A stretch of DNA of 64,000 nt from Octopus bimaculoides (lineage: Eukaryota), in the NCBI RefSeq assembly GCF_001194135.2, contig NC_069005.1, positions 33,250,365 through 33,314,364 on the forward strand. The letters are read 5' to 3'. The notes under the pieces are model-generated. The model ran no database searches, was not told where the DNA came from, and saw only the letters and a list, made by a program, of their open reading frames with translations. Shown piece after piece: positions 39,636 to 64,000 of the stretch (position 1 is its first letter; each line of letters starts with the position of its first letter). Position numbers and translations under genes: made by a program.

Positions 39636-41730
39636 AAAACAGCTGATTAATATCACAAGACTGGAACCTGATGCAGCTCCCTGCTTGCCACCAGCAGCCC
39701 TGTTTTAAAAAGGAGAGCAAAGAGTCCTGATTTTGCCCATTCACCTGCGAGTCAAGGGTGCTGCCCTTCTTTGGTTTAGCCATAAACCACCCCAGTTGAT
39801 TGGTTGCCTTCAAACCCTCAATATCAACCTCCCATCAAGAGGTAACTGGGTTGTCCTCAACCCTCTATCAGCTTCTCATATGGAAGCAACCTGTTTTCCC
39901 TCAAACCCTCTTTCATCTTCCTGACAGAGGCAACAACTTGCTCTCAGTTCCTCAACAGCAACCACCGTTTCTGATGGTAAACACTTGTCAGGTATGGTAA
40001 AACCCTGTACTCTATTCCCAGTCCTTGTATTTGGTTGGATGCTCCTCCTAGCGCCAACCACTTTTACAGTGTGTGCTTGGTGTGTTCCTTCATGGCACCA
40101 GCATTAGTTTTCATCTAACTTGCACTAAAGAGTCTCCTAAACTGTGTGAGAATGTTGTCGAGAGAGAGTAAAGTATGACAGGTTTGTTGCTGTAGAGAAG
40201 ATACAGGGCATTATATAAGGGTTGGTGCTATTAATTAGGGTGGCGCTGGAAAGTGAGATAAAGGTGTCAGGGTATGCCTTCAATGTACGGAGAGGGGAGT
40301 TGAAGAGAGTGTGAGGTCAGAAAGAGTGGATGGGGAGGGAAGAAAGTGAGAGATGAGGGTAGGGGTGGTTGATGGTAACTGTGCTGGGAAATGTATGAAC
40401 TTCACATCCCATTGTTCCTCTCTCTCTCTCTCTCTAATCTTCAGAATTCAATTAAATGTTCACGATGTAATAGAATGGCAACGTTACTGTGTGCAAAGAA
40501 GGAATTTTTTGTTTTGCTCCAAGTCTGCTCTGGTCAAAAGCGTTCCAACCGTAACCGTCGTCTTTTTGAAAAAAAAAAATCATAGGGCTTGCGACAGCTC
40601 GTCCTGCTAGAAATAATAGCCAATTTGCTCTCAGATAACACCACATTGTCTTAGATGTTTTCACATAGAAGCTCCATCGTTGGTTCGAAAGATGCTAGAT
40701 GATAGAGTTTAACAATAACAACCAACAAACAAACAAAAAAACGGTATCAATTTTGGCGCCGTCAGACTTCCATAGTTCACTGGGTGTAATATTGGGATGA
40801 AAAAATATATATTTGTTTGTTTTGGAAAGAGCGGGAGAACTGTAACGACAGAATTAGAGAAAGAGAGAGAGAGAGAGAGATGGGGGGGGGGAGATCTAAA
40901 CAGGAGAGCAATGACAATATTAAATAGTTTCGTCTATAGAAGGCCATAAGCAGCACATTCCGACATTATGTGTGTATCGTAAAGTAAATATATTTTCTGC
41001 ATGGAGGGACATTGGAAATTCATTATATCCGTTCAATTATATCACGAAGTCGCTGGTCATAACCTCGATTAATTACCAATTAATTGTAAAAACACTCTCT
41101 TTGTGTAAATGAGATTGTCAGACGAATTGGTTGAGATGTGCGTTGTCAGTTTCATGTACATTCAATCACTTCCCCATTATGTGTGTATATACACACATAT
41201 ATAAATATAGATAGATAGATAGGTATATGTATATAGATAGATATATAGATATATAGGTATATGTGTATATGTATGGGTGGGGAGAAAGAGGGAAGGACGT
41301 CCATAAATGGTAGATAGAAGGATCTAAACGGCAGATGGTGTGTGAGAAAGAAAAAAAAGATAGGTTATAATAAACAGAAAGAAAGAAGAAAGCAATAAAA
41401 GCTATAGTGTCGTAGAAAAAGCGACTCATTGTACACATAGACGCGCCTTTGTGTGTATATATATATATATATATATCCACACCCATATTGTATTTTCAAA
41501 AACACAATAAGAGAAATCGCGCGCCTGCTGATTGAGACCCAGTGGCCTCCCTTCGTATTTACTATACTACTAGTACTAAGTAGTAATAGTAGTAGCAATA
41601 GTAGTGGTAGTAATAGTGGTTACACAAGTGTTGTTGTTATTGCTGCTGCTGTAATACATCGTCTGCACGATCACTACTCCTCTTCCTTCACCTCACTCCA
41701 CCTTCGTCTTTCTCACTGCATTAAGCAGCA

Positions 41731-41790
41731 TCATTCAGTCTGCCGAAAGAAAGGAAAAGAAAACAAAATAACAGAAAGAACCGGAGAGAC
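41731..41790 (+). promoter_or_regulatory. Putative initiator and 5' UTR of the INPP5K-like gene
   Basis: Overlapping TCATTC and TCAGTC (Inr-like TCAKTY) at 41731-41740; in-frame upstream TAA at 41722; gagacATGG start context; locally CpG-richer region. Confidence 0.4.
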
Positions 41791-54108
<12,318 letters not shown>

Positions 54109-54406
54109 GTAAGAGATATGGAGACAATGAAACCATGGACTAACTTTCTCTTGAACCGGCCTTTTGCTTCCAACTAACAAACTGACCACATCACCCTCCT
54201 GGGACATGGTACCACCCCACATCACATACACACACACACACACACACATTCCTTATCTGCTCTTCCTCTGTGATACTTCACATCACACCTCACCTCACTA
54301 TACCTCACCCCACCACATAATATCAATGAAATTTCACACCAACCCTCGTTACCACCACCACCTCTTCTTGTTCCCCTCTCTCTCAAATAGTTGGGAAGTG
54401 TTATGT

Positions 54407-54443
54407 CTAAGCCTAAGCCTAAGCCTAACCCTAACCCTAACCC
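54407..54443 (-). repeat. Short interstitial telomere-like repeat, (TTAGGG)3 adjoining (TTAGGC)3 on the minus strand
   Basis: ctaagc x3 then ctaacc x3 on the + strand. Confidence 0.7.
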
Positions 54444-55439
54444 GTTACCTCTCTGCCACCCTTGACTGTCCTGTAACTGGATACCCTCCACCACCTCCAC
54501 CCTGTCTTATCTGTTCTCTCCTTCCAATGATGTGACCGGTGCCCCAGAAGGGGATCCTCTCCCTCCACCTCCATCACTACCATACCAGTATCTGTCCTGT
54601 CTTCATAAGTCATTCCGACAGTTCCCAGGAAACTATACCACCACCACCACCACCAATCATGTTACCCCCCNNNNNNNNNNNNNNNNNNNNNNNNNNNNNN
54701 NNNNNNNNNNNNNNNNNNNNNNNNNNNNNNNNNNNCCCGGTGCCCTATCAGTGAATATTATTCCTCCTCTCTGTCTATCTGTCTGTCTGTCTCTCATTCT
54801 CCTCACCTTCTCACCTCCCCCACCATTACTGATGGGTGGAGACAGAAAAGAAAAAAATTGTGCTTAAAAATACATCACAATGTAAATTGGTTGCTGTTTG
54901 GCAGGAGGGAGGTGGAGATGGTGGGGTGGGGGTCTCTTGTAAATTATAGGAAATTCTGAACACCCCCCCACCTCTATGATTGCTCATGACTGTGATGAAG
55001 ATGATGGTGGTGGTAGTGAAAAGGGCAGAAGAAGAAGAAGAAACAATATTTGAAACCCTAAACTTCCTAACACACAACAATAACTACAAAACATCTAAGT
55101 CAGTACCATGGCTGCCGCACCGCAGTGGGGGTGGGGAACGGGTCTCTATTTTATTTTTTGTAACCCAGCCTGAGTTGGTGGGAAACAAAGGTTCACCATC
55201 TAGTTTTCATATCCTGTCTAAAGCCACTCTATTTATTCACCTCCAAGATTAGTCTGTGAAGTGCATGAACAGCTCATCACATCATCTACAATGACTTATA
55301 ATGTAGATGCATATGTGAACACTTTGTCGCTGCTATACCAGTTTGGCAGTTCAGTGCTAGGTAACAGACACACACACACACATACATTATATGGCCACAG
55401 GCAAGTGATGCAAACAGGAAAATAGAACTCAAAACATGA

Positions 55440-55653
55440 GTATATATAAGGTCTTTTACTTGTTTCACTCATTGACTGTGGTCATGCTGGAGCATCACCT
55501 TGAAGAATTTTAGTCGAAAAATTCGACCTATTATTTTTTTAAAGCCCGGTACTTATTTTATCGGTCTCTTTTGCTGAACTGATAAGTTACAGGGACAAAA
55601 CCACACCAACACCTGTTGTCAAGCAGTGGTGAAAGACAAACACAGACACAAAG

Positions 55654-55680
<27 letters not shown>
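55440..55680 (-). mobile_element. SINE family C, 3' half
   Basis: Reverse complement of 53520-53735 (ctgtggtcatgctggagcatcaccttgaag...ccaacacctgttgtcaagcagtggtg). Confidence 0.8.
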
Positions 55681-55687
<7 letters not shown>

Positions 55688-56599
55688 GCGCGTGCACACA
55701 CACACATTTTTGAAAATACTAAGGCAGTTATATTTAATTAACCCACATGTGTTCATATCTTGCTCCCTGCAACATATTTCCTCCCACCAGGGGTCTAACT
55801 GGGAATTGCAATCACAATACCATTTCTTTCTCTCTTCTTTTTCACCTCATTTTAATTTTTTTCTTTTCTCGCTTCTTAACACTAATTTATGTTTTGCCAT
55901 ACTTCCTGTCACCAAACAGCCCCCCAGCTGGAGCACACTTTATTTACTAAAATCACTGCTGTATGTAGATATTGTGCCTTGACTGTGATACTAACATTTT
56001 TTTTGGAACATTTTTCCAACAACTTTATACATACCATGTAGCCATTATATAGTCATGTTTATACATACATTCTTACATATATATACAAATATATACATAT
56101 ATATTTCTGTATATATACTCAGTAGCTGTTATACTGTCATTTATTTATACATATACCACAGGTGTTACCATGTATATATGTATGTGCGTGTATATATATA
56201 TATTTATATACACACCCACATATTTATATATACACACACACACACATATTNNNNNNNNNNNNNNNNNNNNNNNNNNNNNNNNNNNNNNNNNATATATATA
56301 TATATTCCATCTTCTAGGGGTTTTTACCGATTTTTCAAGGCTGTTTTCACAGCTGTCCCACATTCGAAATTCACTTTATTCTATACACACACACATATAT
56401 ATTTATATACACACCCACATATTTATATATACACACACACACACATATTCATATATACACACATGTACATACATGCATCCATGGTGAAGTCTTCTGTTGT
56501 AGACAAAAGGTAAGGGTGCCCCACAGTTCCTTGTTGAATCACCTGCCCAAGTAATTCGTTTTTAGTGATCAGATTTTCATGCTGCTCATCAGCTCATTC

Positions 56600-56790
56600 C
56601 CTCCATCAAATCGACATTGGCCCCCGAACAGGGACATGGTGTGTCACACGCCAGGTGTCAAAGTGATCATAGAGCTATGTGCGATGAAGTGTTTTGCTCA
56701 AGAACACAATACACCACCCGGTGAGAGAATTGAAACTACCATTTCATGATTGTGGGTGCAATGCCCTGACCACTAGGCTACGTGCCCTCC
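56600..56790 (-). mobile_element. SINE family B-type head and core
   Basis: gaagtgttttgctcaagaacacaa...gagaattgaaact...ccactaggctacgtgccct. Confidence 0.65.
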
Positions 56791-57382
56791 CTCCCACACA
56801 CTTACATATGCATACATAATACACATATACATATATATATATAAGTACACATACACATAATATTACTACCTGTTTCATATTTCCTTCTGTATAAACAAGG
56901 TGTTGCATCTCTGAAACACAACTACTTTGTTTTATAAAATATTATTATTATTATAATAATAATGTTGAAGCCTACCATATGATAATAATAATAATAATAA
57001 TAATAATGTTCATATCACACTTTTTGCTTATCGATCTCTGGTATGGCTCTGGTGTTCTGTGATTTCCCTCTATTTTGCTATTGTTTCGACAATGTTCCTC
57101 ATGTGACAATCTCTGTCTTAATTATTTTCTTTTCTATTTTTTTGCAACACATTGTGAGAGAACTGAATTCTACAAAGATTTCTTCTCTTGCTATGATATT
57201 GTGGAGTTGCTTTGTGAGAGAGAGAGAGAGATTTAGCTGTTATTACTAGTAGATCAAGAGACCACATAGAAGCTTTTATATTGAGTCATAGCACATGAGT
57301 TGTTGTTGTTTGTTGTCCACCTCATTTCAGTGTTGATCCAGCAGGAATATGGTCAAAGACAGTCTCTAGTCCTTTACATATA

Positions 57383-57674
57383 CAGTGGAACCTCAGTTTA
57401 CCAATTTAATTTGTTCCTGGTAGCTGTTCATCACCCGAAATGTTTGTAGACCAAAACTATTTTTCCCTTAGGAAATTCAAGAGAATGCACAGCGAATTCA
57501 GGTGGGGATGGGCACTGGGGAAAGACTAGGCCCCCGACTGATACTTCCCTGCTTATACTCCCACCATTGTTTGCCAATTTGCTTGTTTGGTACTTGAGAA
57601 TCCGTTTATCACCTGAAGCGTTTTATATTCTAAAAATTGCTCATGAGAGGCTTTCATAAACTAAGGCTCCACTG
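57383..57674. mobile_element. Tigger/pogo-like MITE with TA target-site duplication
   Basis: ta-cagtggaacctcagtttac ... ataaactaaggctccactg-ta. Confidence 0.8.
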
Positions 57675-57869
57675 TAAATATAATATCATAAAAAGATAGA
57701 CTGGAGAGCAAGAGGCATTGGATTAGAGTATCACACATTTATACAAATACACCAATATAGAGAGAAACAGATGCATGTAAAGGAGTATAAGCACATGTCT
57801 CCTCTTATGATCAAAAGCAATGACAATCTTGTCTTTTAAATAGATTTTAAATACCTACCTACCTACCTA

Positions 57870-57904
<35 letters not shown>

Positions 57905-59021
57905 CTACATTATCCAGTGTCCCTTCTTGTTAGGGTGTAATTCAAAGGAGATCCCACTGATGTTTCTTGCTGGAGGTTCGTTATTGTCTCACTGGTACTC
58001 TGTTGCAGGGTTGTGTTTGTTTATATTGGTGTGTATATATATATANNNNNNNNNNNNNNNNNNNNNNNNNNNNNNNNNNNNNNNNNNNNNNNNNNNNNNN
58101 NNNNNNNNNNNNNNNNNNNNNNNNNNNNNNNNNNNNNNNNNNNNNNNNNNNNNNNNNNNNNNNNNNNNNNNNNNNNNNNNNNNNNNNNNNNNNNNNNNNN
58201 NNNNNNNNNNNNNNNNNNNNNNNNNNNNNNNNNNNNNNNNNNNNNNNNNNNNNNNNNNNNNNNNNNNNNNNNNNNNNNNNNNNNNNNNNNNNNNNNNNNN
58301 NNNNNNNNNNNNNNNNNNNNNNNNNNNNNNNNNNNNNNNNNNNNNNNNNNNNNNNNNNNNNNNNNNNNNNNNNNNNNNNNNNNNNNNNNNNNNNNNNNNN
58401 NNNNNNNNNNNNNNNNNNNNNNNNNNNNNNNNNNNNNNNNNNNNNNNNNNNNNNNNNNNNNNNNNNNNNNNNNNNNNNNNNNNNNNNNNNNNNNNNNNNN
58501 NNNNNNNNNNNNNNNNNNNNNNNNNNNNNNNNNNNNNNNNNNNNNNNNNNNNNNNNNNNNNNNNNNNNNNNNNNNNNNNNNNNNNNNNNNNNNNNNNNNN
58601 NNNNNNNNNNNNNNNNNNNNNNNNNNNNNNNNNNNNNNNNNNNNNNNNNNNNNNNNNNNNNNNNNNNNNNNNNNNNNNNNNNNNNNNNNNNNNNNNNNNN
58701 NNNNNNNNNNNNNNNNNNNNNNNNNNNNNNNNNNNNNNNNNNNNNNNNNNNNNNNNNNNNNNNNNNNNNNNNNNNNNNNNNNNNNNNNNNNNNNNNNNNN
58801 NNNNNNNNNNNNNNNNNNNNNNNNNNNNNNNNNNNNNNNNNNNNNNNNNNNNNNNNNNNNNNNNNNNNNNNNNNNNNNNNNNNNNNNNNNNNNNNNNNNN
58901 NNNNNNNNNNNNNNNNNNNNNNNNNNNNNNNNNNNNNNNNNNNNNNNNNNNNNNNNNNNNNNNNNNNNNNNNNNNNNNNNNNNNNNNNNNNNNNNNNNNN
59001 NNNNNNNNNNNNNNNNNNNNN

Positions 59022-59170
59022 GCTGACCTTGAGCCCTGTCAAATGCTGAGGGTCAGCGCGATCAACTTGTCCCCTCATCTCAAAATTGCTGACCTTGAGC
59101 CCTGTCAAATGCTGAGGGTCAGCGCGATCAACTTGTCCCCTCATCTCAAAATTTCTGATCTTGAACCCTG
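59022..59170. repeat. 66-bp tandem repeat (two identical units plus a partial) abutting a 976-N gap
   Basis: Unit gctgaccttgagccctgtcaaatgctgagggtcagcgcgatcaacttgtcccctcatctcaaaatt at 59022 and 59088. Confidence 0.9.
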
Positions 59171-59269
59171 GGGGTCTCATTCATGTGCTAAATGTTGTGA
59201 TTTCAGTCCCTTATATGCCAAGGAAATTGGAATAAACTCTGGCCTTAGGAGTCCTAGGGTCGTTTTATC

Positions 59270-59501
59270 TTTTAATTGCTTCAGTCATTAGACTGTGGCC
59301 ATGCTGGGGCATCGCCTTGAAGAACTATAGTCAAATGAATTGAGTACTTATTATTATAAAGCCTGGGGCTTATTCTATCAGACTCTTTTTGCTGAACTGC
59401 TAAGTTATGGGGATGTAAACACACCAACANNNNNNNNNNNNNNNNNNNNNNNNNNNNNNNNNNNNNNNNNNNNNNNNNNNNNNNNNNNNNNNNNNNNNNN
59501 N

Positions 59502-59537
<36 letters not shown>

Positions 59538-59700
59538 TACACATGTTGGGCTGCTTTCAGTTTCCATCTACCAAATCCACTCACAAGCCTTTGGTTGGTG
59601 AGAGGCTATAGTAGAGGACACTTGCTCAAGTTATCACACAATGGGGCTGAACCTGGAACCATGCGGATGGGAAGCAAATTTATTACCACACAGCCAAGCA
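59270..59700 (-). mobile_element. SINE family C spanning a small gap
   Basis: Tail ctgtggccatgctggggcatcgccttgaag; head ggggctgaacctggaaccatgcggatgggaagcaa. Confidence 0.75.
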
Positions 59701-60399
59701 AGAAAAACAAAAGCTGTGGTCCTCTAACTCATGTAGGTGTGTACGAACTGCAAACAAGAACTGGCAATGGCTGTGACAACCTCTCCTCCAAGCCAGTGAG
59801 GAACATAGGCGTAAAACGGTAATGATGATGATGATAGCATATTCCAAACAAACTTCCTCTAAGTATTCTAGAAACACAATATAGATTATTATTAAAATGT
59901 TTATACACACGATTGTGGAATTCCGTTATGGGAAACAACATTCAGTTTTTAATATTTAATTATAATGTTCATCACACCCTGTTTAATTACAATCATGCAT
60001 CACTGATGATGTGGGGTTTATTATGATGGCAGCTGTTAATGTTTTTCTGAAGGTCTACTGGCTTACAATGGTATTTAAAAGTTTACCTGTCTACATGTGT
60101 GTGTGTCTCTATATGTATAGAGAGGTGGCCTACTGACCCACTTTGACACCCTTCAACACATTCTTCTCAACACTATTTACTAAACACACACACACACACA
60201 CACTCACACACACACACACACCATTCACCATTATCTCATTACATGGTTTAATACCTTTCCTACTTTCTTCACCCACCACCTCACCCACTCCTCTGCTCTT
60301 TTCTCTTCCTCATTGATTTTCACTTCATTCAGATCAGGTTTGCTCTGGTCACATATTACATTTGCCTCAATATCTTGAGTATTTCTGTGAAACAATATA

Positions 60400-60586
60400 T
60401 TTCTATGATCAGCCAGTCCCCAAAATGTTGTCTTTTGCAATGTTGTAATGCTGGGACAGATCCCAATTTGGTCAAGGGATTCCTGAAAGCTTTCTTTACT
60501 GACACAAATGCTCCAATTACAATTGGTTCTACTCCTGCTTTCATATTCCATATTCTTTTGACATCTCTTCTCAAGTCTACATATTT
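60400..60586 (-). mobile_element. R4/Dong-clade-like (restriction-like endonuclease) LINE C-terminal fragment, frameshifted
   Basis: KYVDLRRDVKRIWNMKAGVEPIVIGAF, then after a frameshift LDQIGICPSITTLQKTT. Confidence 0.65.
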
Positions 60587-60611
60587 ATTATTATTATTAT
60601 TATTATTATAA

Positions 60612-61075
60612 GGTGGTGAGCTGGCAGAATCGTTAGCACACTGGATGAAATGCTTAGCGGTATTTCATTTGCCAATGTGTTCTGAGTTCAAATCTCGCTG
60701 AGGTCAACTTTGCCTTTCATCCTTTTGGGGGTCAATGAAACAAGTACCATTACGTACAGGGGTCAATGTAATCGACTCATCTCCGCCTCTCCTAAGCTGC
60801 CCTTGTGGCTAAAATTTGAAATCATCATCATCATCATCATCATCATTATTATTATTGTAATTAAGGTGGTGAGCTGGCAGAATCGTTAGCATGCTGGACG
60901 AAAGGCTTAGCCATATTTCATCAGCCACTACATTTTGACTCTATGCTGGAGTCAACTTTGCCTTTCATCCATTCAAGGTCAACAAAATAAGCACCGGTCA
61001 AGCACCGGAGTCGATGTAATTGACTTATTCCCCTCCCCTGAAATTGCTGGCCTTGTGTCAAAATTAGAAACCAAT
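60612..61075 (+). mobile_element. SINE family A, head-to-tail pair
   Basis: aggtggtgagctggcagaatcgttagc heads at about 60612 and 60862, each following ATT/CAT runs. Confidence 0.85.
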
Positions 61076-61083
61076 ATTATAAG

Positions 61084-61287
61084 CAGTGGTTCCCAACCTG
61101 TGGTCTGTGGACCCCCCAGTGGTCCGCGAAAGTAGTACTGGGAGTTCGTAAACTAAATTCAAAATTTCATATATATATATATATATGTGTGTGTATATTT
61201 ATATATACATAAGGATAAGCATATTAAAAGGGGTCGGTGGGAAAACTCATTTAAAGAAAAGGGTAGTGAAAAGGTTGGGAACCACTG
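61084..61287. mobile_element. hAT (Charlie-type) MITE
   Basis: Perfect 16-bp TIRs cagtggttcccaacct / aggttgggaaccactg; 8-bp TSD attataag / attataac (7 of 8 match). Confidence 0.9.
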
Positions 61288-61465
61288 ATTATAACCGAGT
61301 TTATCTTCAAATAATCTGTATAACCTTATTCAAAGTTGTTGAATGTTTAGAGAGAAACCTCCAACCTGCACTTGAAATTTACAGATTGGATATTACTACT
61401 AACAGACTGATATTATTTTCAGATTGACATAACTATTTAATGTCTTTCATATTATAATTTTACAG

Positions 61466-61493
61466 TCTCTGGAATTACCATTTGCAGATTCTG
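61466..61493 (+). CDS. Candidate small downstream exon of the INPP5K-like gene (SLELPFADS-G)
   Basis: tttacag acceptor, G|gtaagg donor and phase 0 start are compatible with exon 9; no homology support. Confidence 0.25.
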
Positions 61494-62159
61494 GTAAGGC
61501 TTCTTTGTAGAACTTTCTTAGGTAAACTTGGTTGAATTTACGTTTTTTGAAAATGTTGGTTTGGCTCAGTGAGAGGAGACAGTGCACGACTCGTGGCAGT
61601 AAAATGAAGTAAAAGCCATAAATTGTGAGTTTTTGTTCCGGTCAAAGAACTCGATCCAGGGTGGAGTCTGCCAAAAGCCTGAGGGCCAGGTGGTGATGTT
61701 AAATAATGTGACAGATTTAATCAGGAATTTAATCCAGTCCATTTGATAGATTTTCAAGTAGTTTCCTTCAACCAAATTTCATCCACAAAATTTTGTGAAT
61801 GAACTTTAGTAGGAGACACTTGCTCAAAGTGCTATGCTGTGAGATTGAACCTGTAACCACATGCTTACAACATAAATCCCATAGCCATGACTGCTCCCTT
61901 AGTGATACCTCAGTGAAGTTAAATCTCACAGCCATGACCACCCTGTTAGTAAATCCCTTTACTTTATGGTAAGCATCCTGAAAGGTGCTACCATCAAACC
62001 CACAAGCACCCCGGGTATGCTTGTGTACAATGTCCAGTGTCCCACAAAACACTTTTGGCTTTTCTTTAAACTGTATCCTTTCACTTCCTGTTATAGAATA
62101 TTGCTAGCTGGGATTGATTTTTACCTTTCTTCATCTCGTTAATAACATTAGCTCTGCAT

Positions 62160-62474
62160 TAGTGGTCCTCAACCATTTTTTATCTATGGACCCCTTTGAT
62201 TACTATTTTATTCTGGTGGACCCCCATAGCCATATTCGATGTTTAAAAACTAGTTTTATAGAAACTTCTTTTAAAATCCCTATTTTGTTAGTCTCACTTT
62301 CCCTTTTGAAAGTTGATGCTAGAGAAAAAAAAGACCTTGGTGTTTCTTCCAATGAATACATCTAAAACAAACCCCTTTCACAGACCCTTAGAATACTACT
62401 GTGGATTTCCAGTTTACTATTTTACTTGTATGAATCCCTAGAAATTTTATATGGACCCCAGTTGAGAATCACTG
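62160..62474. mobile_element. Older hAT (Charlie-type) MITE
   Basis: Degenerate TIRs tagtggtcctcaac / gttgagaatcactg; TSD ctctgcat / ctctactc partly decayed. Confidence 0.65.
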
Positions 62475-63389
62475 CTCTACTCGATCACTCACCCTGCTAG
62501 AAATAGCAGCTAAATCTCACTCACCTCACATCTTACTATCAATAAAAGTGAGTGGGAAAACCTCTGCATCTCTAGATTCAAGTGGGAAGAGTATTTTACA
62601 TGGAGTTGATGGTAAATAACTTGTAATGTTTCATAGCATCCCTTTACATTCTGAGTTCAAATCCCACCAATGATGACTTTGTATTTTATCCTCCCAGTTG
62701 AATGAAATAAATACCAGTCATACACGTGGGTTGGTAACATCAATGACAGTCTTTGTTGAGGACAGACAGGTGGATGGGTGGATGCCAGAATCAGCTGTTA
62801 ATATTTTTTTTCACATTCTCATTCCATAACCTGCTGGTGGCTGGGGGTGGGTGGGTGACNNNNNNNNNNNNNNNNNNNNNNNNNNNNNNNNNNNNNNNNN
62901 NNNNNNNNNNNNNNNNNNNNNNNNNNNNNNNNNNNNNNNNNNNNNNNNNNNNNNNNNNNNNNNNNNNNNNNNNNNNNNNNNNNNNNNNNNNNNNNNNNNN
63001 NNNNNNNNNNNNNNNNNNNNNNNNNNNAGTGGGTGGGTGGGGTCTAATTAATTAAAAACCATAATCAATAAAGGAGGAATAATAGAAAGTGTAGAGTGCC
63101 TTACAGTAGTATTTAGTTCCATCTCTGGACATACTGAGTTCAAACCTTGCTGGGGTCAACTGATGGAGCCACATAGAATATGTACTGGGCATAGGTGAGT
63201 AGGTGGGGAGTCAGTTTAATTTATTATACTCCTCCTTCCTCCTTTGTAAAAGTATGGCCCTATGAATCATCATTGTCATCATCATCATCATCAATATGTT
63301 AAGTTTTTCATGGATTGATACTAAGGGTACCAGTTAACTGCTGTGGTTCAACAACTGTCATCATGAAATGTGTGGCATTTTCTTTAGTT

Positions 63390-63600
63390 CCAGCCACCAA
63401 GGGACATTGCTCCACTGGTTAAGGCCAAGCAACTGACAAGCAAATCTGTGGTATCGAGCAGAATATTTGGTGTAGCCCATCTTTTATACCAAGACTAAAC
63501 AATGTACATGATAACACTTCCAATCAGTTAAGATCAGAAGCCATGAGAGCCACTGCCTGGTACTGCATCAGAGCATTTATTATTAATATTATTATTATTG
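63390..63600 (+). repeat. Second copy of the 50190-50660 repeat (3' part)
   Basis: Direct sequence match to 50480-50660. Confidence 0.75.
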
Positions 63601-63629
63601 TTATTAATATTATGACTTATGCTATTAAA

Positions 63630-63820
63630 AGTGGCCAGCTGGTAGAATCATTAGCGTGCTGGACACTGGTTCTTTAGGTTCTGAGTTCACATCCTGCCGA
63701 GGTTGACTTTGCCTTTCATCCCTTTTGTGGGGTCAATGAAATAAGCACCAGTTGCACACTGGGGGTCAATGTAATTAACCAACCCTCAAATTTCAGGCTT
63801 TGTGCCTATAAAAGAATGGA
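63630..63820 (+). mobile_element. SINE family A
   Basis: Same head, B-box and tail motifs. Confidence 0.75.
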
Positions 63821-63944
63821 TTATTTATGCTATCAGTATCGTTATTATTATAAAATTAATTACAAATTGGCTCAGGTGTAGCGAGCTTGCACTAATTCAT
63901 ACCTGCCTTAGAGGTGTCATTTCCAAAGTCTCTCATCAAACACA

Positions 63945-64000
<56 letters not shown>
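63945..64000. repeat. (CT)n microsatellite at the window end
   Basis: Direct reading. Confidence 0.95.

Noticed and set aside
56200-56460. Direct repeat on both sides of the N gap
   Set aside because: Low-complexity CA/TA sequence duplicated across a scaffold gap; a likely assembly overlap.
57900-59291. 463-aa ORF and other long ORFs spanning N runs (13467-14186, 26778-27434, 38221-39102, 57967-59180)
   Set aside because: Their length comes from unresolved Ns translated as X.

Overview
This is a eukaryotic, intron-rich, AT-rich window with many microsatellites, SINEs and N gaps. The tRNA-derived SINEs and RTE tails point to a cephalopod, probably Octopus (inference). Two + strand spliced genes lie in tandem. 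(1) The 3' part of BLTP2/KIAA0100/hobbit, a bridge-like lipid transfer protein: 29 phase-consistent exons from 1372 to the stop at 27877, about 1,100 visible codons, one GC-AG intron, and one exon interrupted by an assembly gap. (2) An INPP5K/INPP5J-like inositol polyphosphate 5-phosphatase: ATG at 41791, 9 exons to 54108, all catalytic motifs intact, an N-terminal MGKVCSKK acylation-type motif, and no C-terminal SKICH exons found. The rest is intron or intergenic DNA with at least three tRNA-SINE families, RTE and R4/Dong-like LINE remnants, a deleted mariner, and mariner, Tigger and hAT MITEs. The most unexplained structure is an intergenic array at 30821-31192: six ACTCAnnTGAGT palindromes about 56 bp apart, separated by decayed spacers. 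There are no prokaryotic features, no CRISPR-Cas and no rRNA or bona fide tRNA genes. Homology calls come from recalled protein family motifs, not from database searches.
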